DNA of 64,000 bases, taken from positions 248,001 through 312,000 of the forward strand of contig JAAOMT010000468.1 of the NCBI GenBank assembly GCA_016748015.1. The letters are read 5' to 3'. The stretch is from Geosiphon pyriformis uo1. Lineage: Eukaryota; Fungi; Glomeromycota. Position 1 is the stretch's first letter. Each line of letters starts with the position of its first letter. The notes under the pieces were generated by a model, which was not told where the DNA came from, searched no databases, and was given only the letters and a program-made list of their open reading frames with translations. The translations under genes were made by a program, and so were the position numbers. Positions 40,597 through 53,543 of the stretch are shown here, in pieces.

Positions 40597-43501
40597 TCAA
40601 GATGATGATGATGATGATGATGATGGTGATGAAGCATCATCGAAATTGGCTTCCAAAGCTTCCCTTTGTGAATTAGAGTCATCTTCGTCACTACTTTCCT
40701 CAGATGGCAAGTAATCTTCGTCATCTGAATCTTCCTCAATACTCATAGCCTTAATAATACACAAAAGAAATTGAGTATATGCCCTCTTTTAAAAAAGTCG
40801 AATCAACTAACCTCTGCGAAATCCCCCTCTTGCTCATCTGCATATTCAACATCATCCATTCTTTGATCGCTTCCCCTTTCTTCCTCACTGTCTACATAAA
40901 CAGTGACAGGGATGTTTGTTGTTTCATCATTGGAGAACCTTTGGTTAGCATATTCTTGACGCATCGAGATTTGTTGCATAACCATCTCGAGGCGCCCGTG
41001 AAAGCTAAGCAGCTTGTCAAATCCTTGCAAACGAGCGTTCAAAAGTTGGTAAAAGTTGGAAAGCTTGTGAATTAGGTCTGGTACCTAGGAATTAAAACAA
41101 TGTAAATTTTATCAGATAATGATTAATTTATGGGGAACAAAAACACCCAAGCTAACCGTCATTAAATAAGCCGTGTGAACCAATAAAATTTGTTTAATCC
41201 ATTCCAGAAGTAAGGGGTTGTTGCACCCTGTTTTGCTCTGAAAGAATATTACTATTTTCTCTAACAACCTAATCACATATTCAGGAGGCATTTTTCGGAC
41301 TGTATTTTTAATAACATCATGTTTGGTTTCTAAGAATAATTTATTGAGCACTCCAGTGTCGTCCGAATGTAAGGCTTGTATAAGGACATTTTGTAATGAC
41401 TTTGCATCAATTTTTGTGAACTTGGATTGGAATGAAGTTTCCAAAGTGATTTTCTTGTCCTTATCATGTGATATCGATAATTCAAGAATTTTGTCTTTAT
41501 CCAATTTCTAATTTAGAAAGAAAAATAATCAAATAATGAAAACCATTTACGAAAAGTAAATTCCAAACAAAATAATACCGAATTTATTCCTAATTCCTTA
41601 TTCTCAGCAAGGGATAATTTGGGCAATCCGATATTGGTGCTTCCCAATATATTCACTTGTGATTCATCATATTCTTTATGAGTAGCTTTCTTTTGTTAAG
41701 ATTATTGAACAAAGGTAATTAGTAAGTGAGGAGTTTTTATTTTGCGATAAATGAAAGAATCTCACCAAATTTGCGGAAGCCAATTCTGATTCGTCTATTA
41801 AAAAGCCAGTGTGCGGTTGCCTTATAAGTCTCACCTCAGTAAGCAAAGTATGGTTTTCTCCATTCATGTATTGCTGAGATACCAAAGAATATTATGCAGG
41901 TGTTTGGATATTCAAACAAACAATAGTACACTTACCACTTTTTCGAAATCAGGCTTTACAGTATTCCCTCTAGCGGTTACAACAAAGCCATTATCCTTCT
42001 TTTCCGAATCTTCAACGATATAAGCAGCGATGATGGGTATTAGGTTTTCTTCATCCCCCTCTCTTGCACTCAAAAATTTAATAACGCTATCAGGAGAACG
42101 AGTAGTATACCGCTTTTTTTTCTTAGTGCGCGGTGTTGATGAATTCTCTAGAGGAGATAGGAAATTATGAAAGAGACTTAAGGTACCCTCCTCCGATATT
42201 GCTAATACAGTGTTTGAACTAGATATTGAAATTCTTGTGGTGTTTGTATCCAGTGTCAAAGCTGTCAGTCAAAGAAAAAGGGTTAAAAAACCGCGATGAT
42301 CATCAAAAACAGAAATCAAAACTTAAATATTGTCACGTTAATTACGGAGGGAACAAAGAAAAGCGTCCACCAACTTTACCTGTTATGTTTCCATTACTAT
42401 CACTGTCTTTTCGACAGTCCCATACATTAATAAATCGATCATGCTCCGCAGTTGAGATGCAGATATTATCATTCGATCCAAACAATATTTTAGTAATGAG
42501 GCTAGCGTGACCAGTAAGTTTTTTTATTAATTGTTTGGATTCTAAATCCCATAATATGATGGTATGACCCGCAGAGGCGAGTATTCTTTCGTCATGTGAA
42601 AGGGCAAGGCTTCTAGTGCACACTGAATCCGCTTTCCATTTGCTATTTTAAATATCAATATTTGTGAGCATATAAAATTATTGGTAAAGCAAATCAACAC
42701 AAAAGAGCATTTTAACCCAAAACGTCTCCTTATGAGATTGTATCATTACCTTATTACATGTCCACCATTAATATCCCACTCAACAATCATAAGATCTTCG
42801 GAGCATGAAAACCCTTTTTCCCCATTTTTTGTAAAAACAAAATCATTCACAGATAATGTATGTGCACCACCCAAGGTAATATATATATTTCCATGTAAGA
42901 GGGAATAGATAGCGATGGATCCGTTTTGTAAGCCCAATGCAAGAACTTGAAACATATTAGAAGGAGCCAAATATTTTTTTTTCTTTTTTGGCGAAGGTAC
43001 TGTCTGTACGATATTCAGACATATACAAATAAATGATAAGCTCCAATTATGGTCAGCGATTTACGACTAAATTAGATTCTTTCAAATGAAAAAAAATTCA
43101 AACTTGACAGAAATTCACTGAAAAGGTTCACCGAGTGGGAAAAACTATACAGGAAATAAAACCACGTAAGACTACCTAAAAAAAACTCTGAATCTATATG
43201 GAGTAGAACTCTTTTTGTGAATTGAACTTATAGAGGCCCTTTTTACCTCAATGCCAGAGCTGATTTCTCCCCATCTTAAGCATGTGTATTTATCCTCTTT
43301 TTCTGAAAAGAACTCCTCCATGACAACCCCAGAAAGGCGATCGAAAATACGTAAGCGGTGACGGTCTACACTCTGAGTGACGAGCGCAAAACGAGTACCC
43401 ATGAAAGGGTCAAATTCCCCAAGAAGCCTTTCGAGTATTATTGACCCACTTAGAGGAAGACTTGCGCCCCCATTGCCTCGTAAACCACTGTTTTTTTTCA
43501 T
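40597..43501 (-). CDS. UTP5: WD40 + Utp12/Dip2-domain SSU processome protein (UTP5/WDR43)
   Basis: N-terminal WD repeats (LALGLQNGSI, LTGHAS), SLQNVLIQALHSDD, WIKQILLVHTAYLMT, LLSFHGRLEMV and an acidic tail. Confidence 0.88.
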
Positions 43502-45983
43502 TTTTTAGGTTACAAAAACAATCCAGCTCAAAGGTCTCGGATGAATTAGAGGCAAAAAATACTTTGAATTGAAGCTAACACTGATAATCCTGATAAAAGA
43601 TCTGGCCTATCAGATGGCCATCAGCACTATGACTAATAGGAATCAATTTATTTATACAATATATATTAAAAATAAAAAAAAAGCAAATTTTATTTTAAAA
43701 TAAATTTCTATAACAATCTTAAATGAAAACAAATTTTATTAGACTGTTTTTAAACTTTAGTTTTTGATTAAATAAGATGTTTTATACCACATATTTCAAA
43801 ACTTAAATATTAATACACTTTGTAAAAATTAAATTCTAAGTTTTAATATATTCAATTTGTTCTTTTAAATGAATTTTATTAATTGTTTTATAATTTATTA
43901 AATTGGTTTTATCTATTTATTAAAATTTAAGATAAAAAATTATATTAAACTGATTGTTAAAAGCCATTACTAATATTTATTCTTATTTTTGTACTTTTTC
44001 TGATTATTTGCAATCTTAAAAGTAGATTATGCAAAAAAAAATTTATTGAAATTATTAATTACTAAACAAAATATAATTTAACTTTAAGTTGTTATTTAAA
44101 TTAAAATAATAATTAAACAATAACAAATATAGTTAACATAAAGTGTATAGATTGTTTATTAGATAAGTTTTTGTTAAAGTATAGTTTGTTAACTTATTAT
44201 TATATTCTAAAATATATTATTATAAAATAAAATTTTTGTTAAAGTTTTTCTACTTTTATATTAAATAAAATGTAAATTGGCTTTTTTTGGTTTCAAGTAA
44301 AATATAAAATCAAAATATTAAATAACTTTTACATTCTCTTATTAATAAATAATATATTTAATTTCGATATTAATCTTGTATTAAAGTTAGAGAATACACA
44401 ATTTTTAAAGAATAATTAGATTGTAAATATAAATTAAGAGTTTTAATTAAATAAATATTCACTTTATTTACAATTCCACATTTTAAACAAAGATAAATAG
44501 TTGTAAAAAACAAAAAAACTCTTAATTTTACCAGTATTTTTAATAAACAAAAGTTTTTTAGATATTTTTTTTATTATAGTTTTAAAAAATTTTAAATAAT
44601 AATAATAATAATAATAATTTGTAAACCAAAATTTAAAACCATTTATATTTTAATTTAATATAAATTTTTTACTTTAATTTTAATGAATTAAATAATCAAA
44701 TTTTAAAAAATAAATATATTTATAATTTTATTTTTAATGAATTCAAATTTTTTTGGCATTTTTTAATAAAATGTATTAATTTTATTAGCATGAAAATAAT
44801 ATAAAACATAATTATAAAAAATAATATTCATAATTAAAGGTTTGTGATTCTTTGAAATTTAAAATTTAAATCATTTTTAATAAATAATAAAAATTATATA
44901 AATAAATAAATTTATATTATTGTAAAAAAATTTTGGGTACTCTGACAACGCGTAGTTTGTTGCACGATCCACATCTAACGTACGATAATTGCATTTTACG
45001 AAAATAGTTGGTGGTTGGATTACAAATAATACAATAATATATTTATTAAATTACACACACATAGAATACTTTGGTTAAAATTGTAATTTTAAAATAAATT
45101 TTTTAAATTAATAATATAAAATTTTTTTACAAATTATTTTTATATATATTTTTATACAAATATTCACTATTAAAAAAGATTAATATATAACAACAGAAAT
45201 TTTAAAAAGTAGAAAAAAATTGTTAAAAGTAAAAAAATTTTTTATTAAACATCAAACATTATTAAGGAATCAGAAAAAAAAGATTAAACAGATTAATATC
45301 AGTTCAATTAATATGCTTATCATTTGTTTTTGGTTATTCTAAAAAAAAGCTTTTCTATATTCTAAAAGTAAGAAATTAAAGAAGCTAAATGACTTTTAAA
45401 CATTACAATGTGCAATTATTAGTGCTTCTTTACTATGAATTTACTTTGAAAATTAAAATAAAATAAAATTTTTTTTTATGTGTGCATTTTATCTTCAAAG
45501 ATAAATATTGAAAAAAATTGGGGAAATTTTAATATAAATGTTTCTAATCGTTTAATTAGATAATAATTTTATATCCTCATCGTAATAAAAAAAAATCGTT
45601 TTTTTTCTGATATCTTTAAACGTTAGTTTCTCATAAAAGTTTCTCTGCATCGATTGTTCTAAAAAGATATTTTTTGAATGAATCTATAAAACCAATTTTA
45701 TACAGCCAACTTTAATATTTCTCATGCTACCCAAAATATGGGGACTATTGGTTTTAATTTATTTTGAAAATAGAAATAAGACAATGAGCCCTTTTTAAGC
45801 ATTGTCAATAAGGCAATATAGGCTTTATGAAGTAGGCGTCTATTTTAGAACTTTTCATTCATATTTTCGCCAATGTGATTTAGGTTGATTTTTTTATTTA
45901 TTAAGAAGTAAATTCTTAAAAAAATGCCTTCTTTCCTCATACAAAATCTTTACGTTTATTAATTTCTTTATTGTTTGAAAATC

Positions 45984-48281
45984 ATGTCTTCAACTTCACC
46001 TTCCGACTGGCTTGAAGGAGCATTTATTGTCATTGAAAAAGGCTTGGGTATTTTTCTCGATCATGATTATTCAAAAGTTGCTGACTTGGTAAAAAAATAT
46101 CTTGAACATAATCAAAAAACACCTAAAGAATTTTTCGATTGCTTAAATAATAAAACTACAAAGCGTTCGGTAGACTATGTTTTGCTTGGCTTTTCTTTAG
46201 AACATGGGATTGGAACTATTCCCAATTTAGGACAAGCATTTTTAAAATTTCAAAAAGCAGCAAATACAGAAAATTCTTTTGGAAAATATTTCTTAGGCTA
46301 TTGTTATTTTAATGGAATTGGTACTTTACAAGATAAAGGAAAAGAATTTGAACTCTATTCAGAAGCAGCAGAGGAGGGAAATTCAAATGCACAATACAAA
46401 CTTGGATGCTGTTATCAATATGATTGGGAACAACGAAAAATCAGGAAGAGGCATTTGAAGTCTTTTCAAAAGCAGCAGAGGCGGGACGTTTATATGCACA
46501 ATACGAACTCTTTTCAAAAGCAGCGGAGGCGGGAAATTTAAATGCAAAATATGAACTTGGACGCTGTTATCAATATGGGATTGGGAACAACGAAAAATCT
46601 AAAAAAAGCATTTAAACTCTTTTCAAAAGCGGTAAAGACGGGACGTTTATATGCACAATACGAACTTGGATGCGGTTATCAATATGGATTGGGCCAAGAA
46701 GAGCATTTAAACACTTTTTAAAAGCAGCAGAGACGGGAAATTTAAATGCAAAATATGAACTTGGATGCTGTTATCACTATGGATGGGGAACAACAAAAAA
46801 TCAGGCAAAAGCATTTGACCTCTATTCAAAATTAGCAAAAAATTCAGTATGGCGAAGTGAACACCTGAAACGTTTCAATTTAAAATTCCAAAATCGAAGT
46901 TTTAATTCCATTGAACAATTTCTTTTTGAAATTATCTTAGACCAGCTTACAGATGAATTCAAGTGTCTTAAATGTGGCAACTCGACCATAATGTTTCCTA
47001 GTTCCACTATTTGTCTATTTTGTGACGCTAATAATATCCTTAATGCCGACTTGCCTAAATGTCCAGAATGCTGCTGCTCATTAAAAAATCCATTTTGGTG
47101 TGCATCTTGTGAATTATCCCGATTTTCAAAGACTTGGGGAACATGGACTAGTGGAAATTCAAAAGTTGATCAGTACATAGAATACACACAGCGAATTTCT
47201 GAAAGCCGCAGGGGCTACCTGGAATGGATTTCTCTCAATGAGATTATATCTTCGAAGGTTATAGGAAAGGGAGGATTTAGTGTTGGTAAAGAGGGTACAT
47301 CGGAGAGAGGTAAAATCCTTTTTTGGGATAAGAAAAACCAAAAACACAAACGAAGTGGGATTACGAAAGTTGCTTTGAAATGTCTTGAAAATAGCCAAGA
47401 CATGGAATATATCAGTCCAAGTGAGGTATTTCCTTTTAAGAAATTTCCATGATTATATAATTCTTTTTCTTTTTCTAATAGTAGAAAATGACTTGAAATA
47501 GTTTGTCGCGCTTCTTAACTGTGCCTCTTGCAGATATAACCTTGAATGCTATGGAATCACAAAAGATATTACAACCAATGAATTTGTTATGGTTTTACCA
47601 TTTGCAGAACACGGCGACCTCAAAGCTTTTCTCAAGGTGAATGAAAACACTCTTAGTTGGGGCATGTTTCTTGATATTCTTTTCCAAATCGTTGGTGGTC
47701 TAAGGTTTATACATGACTCAAAACTGGTGCATGGGGACTTGCATCCTGGAAATATCCTGGTTTTAAAATTAAACCCCTTAAACGTTGTCCTTTCTGATCT
47801 TGGACTCTGTTGTTCTGCCAATTATTCTCCAGTCTGGCAAAATTTATGGTGTTATTCAATACCTAGCGCCCGAGATTTGCAACGGGGCTCCTCATTCTAA
47901 GGATAGCGATATTTACAGTTTTGCCATCATTTCCTGGGAAATTATTTCAGGGGAAAGACCTTGGAATGATTATCCAGAAGCTTGCCATGTGCACTTAGAT
48001 GTAACTTGTGGAAAGCGTCTCACAATAAAAAAAATATACTTCAATGTATTCAGGAAATGATTGAAAAAAATTGGGATCATAAGCCGTATTTGCGTGACAC
48101 TGCAAAACAACTTCAACAAAGGGTTATTGCTGCTCGCGATAAATGTAACTTAAATGAACCCGTTCGCGAAAAAAGACTTAATTTCGAAGAGATACAAGAT
48201 GCTACCCAAGATGCGACAAGATTTAGAAGCCGATCAATCTCAAAACCTGGATCTTCTACTGATAAGCCTTTCATTTATTAA
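45984..48281 (+). pseudogene. SEL1-repeat + TKL-type protein kinase, frameshifted
   Basis: SEL1 repeats (AQYKLGCCY..G.GT..AF..KAA), Cys-rich WCASC..WTSGN linker, GKGGF, VALK, HGDLHPGN, DLG, YLAPE. Frameshifts near 46421, 46577, 46700, 47825 and 48030. Confidence 0.85.
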
Positions 48282-49583
48282 ATTCAATATTTAAAAAACT
48301 TTTTGGTTTAACAATGATGATGAATTCAAGTTCTAATTAAATCAACAAAATCAGTAATTACTTTTAATCATGATATTAATTATTTTATTGATATTTAACT
48401 GTGTAAAATAGCTTGAAACAGATAAAGAATTAACTTTCAATTTTAATAGAAGTTTGAATTTGTGTTTTAATATTTAAAATCCTAAATTACTAAATATTAA
48501 TCTAATTAAAAATTTAACTTTGGATTAAAGTTAAAAACAACTGTATATATATTTGATTTATGGTTATACAAATTAATAAAATTTTGTGTAATTGTATATA
48601 ATTAATTACATATAAATTTATATTATTTTTAACTTATTTAATGATTTAATTAATAATTAATTAATGCTAATTTCTGTTAAATAACAATATACATATATGT
48701 GTATAATCTAAAAAACACAATATTTTTAAATAGAGTTTAAAAATTTAATAAAAAATTAATTTAATTGTTTTAATTACTTAATTATTTTATTTATGATTAA
48801 AATATCAATTTTTTTAACAAATAATAAAGTTTTCAAAAAGATTATAATTAAGAAATAATAATAATAATAATAATAATACAGCACAATAATAATTAAATTG
48901 GAATATTTACTTTTTCAATTTTACTAATTAACCAATTTACTATTTGTATTAATCAAAAAATATATAATTCAATATCGAATAAGAATTTTTTTCATAATAT
49001 ATAATGAACTTGGTAAATAATAAAATTCATTAAATTATAAATTTAACGTGATTTAAAAAAACCCATTTTTACTAAAACTTATTGCAATTTAAAATTACGC
49101 AAATCAATTAATTAAAAATACCATTTTTGAAGTTTCAAAATTTTAATCAATTACAAAAATTTTTTGCCTTTAATAATAATAAAAAATTACATCTCTTGTA
49201 TTTCTTTTTCATTATATCTCTCACCTCCTACATCCTGTGCAATATAGTCCATTGGATATGATCATCTCACTTGTTGTTTCGCTTGGCCATGGCTCGAACC
49301 AGAAAAGGAAGGACAGTAACGTCAAAATCGCGGATAACGAACAGAGTAAATTTACGCGTATTTATTATCACTGGCTCCAATACTAAGCCACAAGTCCAAT
49401 GACGCGACCCAAGCCACTGGTACATCAATGTTTACTTTGCTAAAAGAAATAGACATGGCAGTATGTCAGTGGATGAAGTCCCTGATACAACGATTAAAAA
49501 ATTTATTATTCTTTATGGCTTTAATATACATATTAATAAGAGCGCACGCTTTTTTCCAATTAAATATATTCAGGAAATAAAGG

Positions 49584-51615
49584 TCAGATTGGTGTCAATT
49601 TGTTATTTTTTATACTCTCTGGCATTCGAAGTTGATAATCTGAAAATTAAAAATAAAGCATCAGGTATTTTTTCAAAAAAACCTGATTAATTATCAGATA
49701 GATGCTCACCTCCATTCTGTGTAATGTAACGCACCCAGGGTAAGGCTTGATATCCACTTTTCTCGACAATCTTCAAGTACCGGACCTGGATACCAGATGT
49801 CGTAAAGTAAGGTATTTCAAATTTCACTCCAATCGGTGGCTTTTTATCGGGATCTTCGACTATATGTAATTGGGTGGAAAGAAAAAAAAAGAGTAGTAAA
49901 ATCATTGCAGGAATTATGAAAAACACCTTTTATTATGGTGAAAAGTTTGGAAGTAACCCATCTAACATTAATATTCAGAAAAAATTTGATGAGAAAAAGT
50001 CACAACTTACTATTCTTTACAGATGGTAGTCCAAAATGTGCTCGCATCAAAAATTCTTTACCACCCTGGAATTGTTTAATCTTCCAAACAATGCATGATC
50101 TTTCAGGGGCATACTGTACCGAACCAATACTGCTCTGTTCCCAAGAAATGAAAATTAATTGAAACGACGCGCCTTTAAAAATGGTTTCAATTAAATTCAA
50201 AAATAAACAGCTTGATATCTACCCGAAATTTCGGCGTATCTGCATCCTCAGGGACTGGAATGTATATTTCAACATTATTTGCTGTTGATCTTCGTTTAAA
50301 CTGAGCTTTTGCCTTAATCATATATTCAATCCTTGATCCAGTGTGGTTTTCGATTGAAGCTTCTACCCATATCAATGGTTTTACCTATCAATATAATTGA
50401 ATCTAAGTGAATAGCTCTAAATAAAGGACATTATAAAATCTCTTTGAAAAAATGAAATAATCGAAAACCTGAGTATTCAATCGATAACTCATCAGCTCGA
50501 ATTCACCATCAGGCGGGATAAATGAAATAGTACGATCATTCTCGAAACGAGACAAACGGACGCATTGATGGAATTTAACATCTTCCATCTCGATAGCTTT
50601 GCCTCTTGTAGGAGATCGACCAGTACTCTCAAACATGACTTTATCATTTAGGCCAAGTCTCAATTCAGGCATACCAGTCAGATAACACTTCATCTTAATA
50701 ACCCCCAGAATTTCACTTCGCAACACATTCCCATTAGCATTTACTAGTAAATTCACAGACTCAATTACATCTAAGAATACTTCGTTCTTTCGATATTTGA
50801 TATTTTCTGATCGCCATGATACGGCATTTGTAACTGCCATTGGAGGCCTAACTTGAATTTCTAGTTTATGAGATTCCTGTGTTATGTATCTTGATAAATT
50901 CATTGAAAGTATTAGGTTATTAAATGTTTAGACCGAAAAGGAAAAAATTGAGTGTGTCTTGACTCTTACTCTTGTAAAATTTTAGTTTCTGTTGTTTGAG
51001 GATATCCAAAATCCATCATTTCATCCAGCAGTTCATAAATAATTACGAAGTTATCGCGAATGGATTCTTCCTCGAGTTCTTTGAAATACTCTGTGAAAAC
51101 CTTAGCATATGGGATGATGTTTAGGAAAGATGCTCGCTCAACCATATCATCTCATATTTTCATTTAGTCACCTCTGTTAACTTATGAAGAAACAAAAGAA
51201 TCGTGGTAGCATTTGAATTCTTTTTTGTCAAGGCAAGCACTTTGAAAAAAAAAAGGAATTCGATAAGATCGAAATGTTCAGGATAGAATCGATTTTTTGA
51301 GATTAACTCATTGAAGAGTTCGAAAGCTACGGACATTGTGGGCAATGATTCTCCTTATTCACCCTCTTAGTGTAAATGAGTTTGATTCAAAACCAGGAAA
51401 ACTCAAAAGAGGATACAAAATAAGTTGTTATGACGTATATACAAATAGCTGATGCCTTCATGGGTAAAGCATGGTGTAGGTGCTTGTTGCTCTTCCTCAG
51501 CCTCCAATACAAGAGGCATAAATCTCTCGACAGCAGACAAGGGTATGTCTCCTCGGTAATTACGTGAGATGAGAACCTTGCCTTTCAAATCTAATACAAA
51601 AATTGCTGAGGCCAT
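49584..51615 (-). CDS. APM1: AP-1 clathrin adaptor medium (mu1) subunit
   Basis: [85 protein letters not shown]. Confidence 0.95.
51240..51416 (-). other. Probable U12-type (minor) GT-AG intron
   Basis: 5' splice site GTATCCTCTTT. Branch-like TATCCTGAAC ~35 nt upstream of the AG, followed by a T tract. Confidence 0.7.
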
Positions 51616-53543
51616 TGTGAAACGAATAGACTAAGTTTCGTTTGACTTTGAATCTTGAATTGGAGATGATTTCAAAAAACATCAAAAAACGACTCGATTC
51701 TTTAGAATTTCAAGGAAATGTGACATGAGCATTGATTGGATGTTGATACCAATAATGTTTTATTTTTTTCATTAATAATAATAATAATAATAGTTGTATA
51801 TCTGAGATACTTATATATATATATTTTTAAAAACTTCTATACTTTTTAATAATAGTTTTTCATAAAATTGGGTTTTTAATAATATATTAAATTTTAAAAT
51901 TACATTTTAAATATTAAATGCTTAAGTTTTTGTTTAAAATTAAAATTATATATTTTTAAAAATAACAAAATCTTAATGTGATATATATAATAATTAATTT
52001 TTATATATGTATGTTATAATTAATTATATTTTTTTAATTTGAATTTTTATAATCAATTAATTAAAATTATTTTAATGGCTATTTTTTATAAATTTTAAAT
52101 TTTAAATTTTATTAATTATTAAATCATTATTTATTTTTATTTAACTAGTGTTCTAAACGTGGCTCATACGCTTTCTACACGTGACCAGTCATTATTTGAA
52201 TTAATAATTATTAAATTTTTTATTCATAAAAAATGGTTAAATCAAAAATATGAAAAGTCATTAATTTTTAATAAATAAATTAATTTACTTTAATTTAATA
52301 TTTAAAAATAATTATATTATTTATTGTCTCATATTATCGATTTAATAAACGCATAGTTTTTTATCATTAAAAACATATCCACATTTAATTGCATAATATA
52401 AAAATTAAAATAAAAAAATTATTATCAATAATTCAAAAATTATTTTTTTAAATGTAAATTTTTAGTTAAATTATATTAATAACGTTTAATTACAATCATT
52501 AATTATTTGTATTAAAAGTCTACATAAAACAAGTTTTCAACTAATACTTGTATTTTTGAGAAAAAATTTCTGCATTTTCGTTATACGAAAAAGTAATATA
52601 ACTCGGCTACCTATTCAAAATCATTTTGAAAAGCTAGAAAAATATTTGGGTTTATTGTTTAATTTTAGATAAAGGGTAATTAATCGGTCTAAATTTCTCT
52701 TTTTCTAGTTGTGTAAATTTAATCCGTTCTCAAATAAAAAAAGTTTGGTATCTAATATTTGAAATTCAAAAAAAAGAAACACCCAAATTAGCCACACAAA
52801 GAACTTGACCATCACCCTTGCAAGACCTTTTGATAAAATTTTCGACAGTGAACAAAAATCTGAATGTAAAATATGAGAGACTTTTCAATTCCTGAAAAGC
52901 ACAGAGAAGCAATGAAACTCGAATTTGACCCAAAAAAAGCTGATCTAAAATTTTGCAAACGATGCTTTATTGATTAGAAAGACAAATTATTTACAAGTTC
53001 ATCTTAAATTTTTTTTCGCGGATTGGGTTGGCCTCAATCCTCAAGTTCTTGAGGCCGGGGTGGATTTACCCTTGAAATCGATAATGATATTATCAGGGAT
53101 TATAGAAATTTAAAGCTTCAACAAAATCACCCATAAGCTTTACCTTCGCTTCCAACGAAAAATGCCCTCCTTTCTTTCATGATCAACATTGATTCTCGTG
53201 GTTGGTCTATGCGACAACCCTTGGTCGAGATTTAACGAAGAGCTATGTAGTTGTGTAGTTTAAGATAATCGAACATACATAAGTCTAAGATTGCTTTTAG
53301 CATTTTATCAATTAAGTTACTATTAGAGAAAATATCATGGCATCTGACTTACCATGAACTTCATCTATTTTTTTCTCGAGGGGGAAAGAACAATTCTGAA
53401 TAAGTTTAGATTTAATTTAATAAGACGGATCGATGGCATTTAGTCATCTCAAATAAAGATTACATCGATTTTGCTTTAAACCATTTCTACCACAAATCAA
53501 AACTACTTACGTTCTTTCCGCTTTTAATGAACACCGACACCCC

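Noticed and set aside
49200-49490. Normal-GC non-coding stretch as a possible ncRNA
   Set aside because: No tRNA, snRNA or snoRNA box pattern recognised; best explained as the AP-1 mu 3' UTR.
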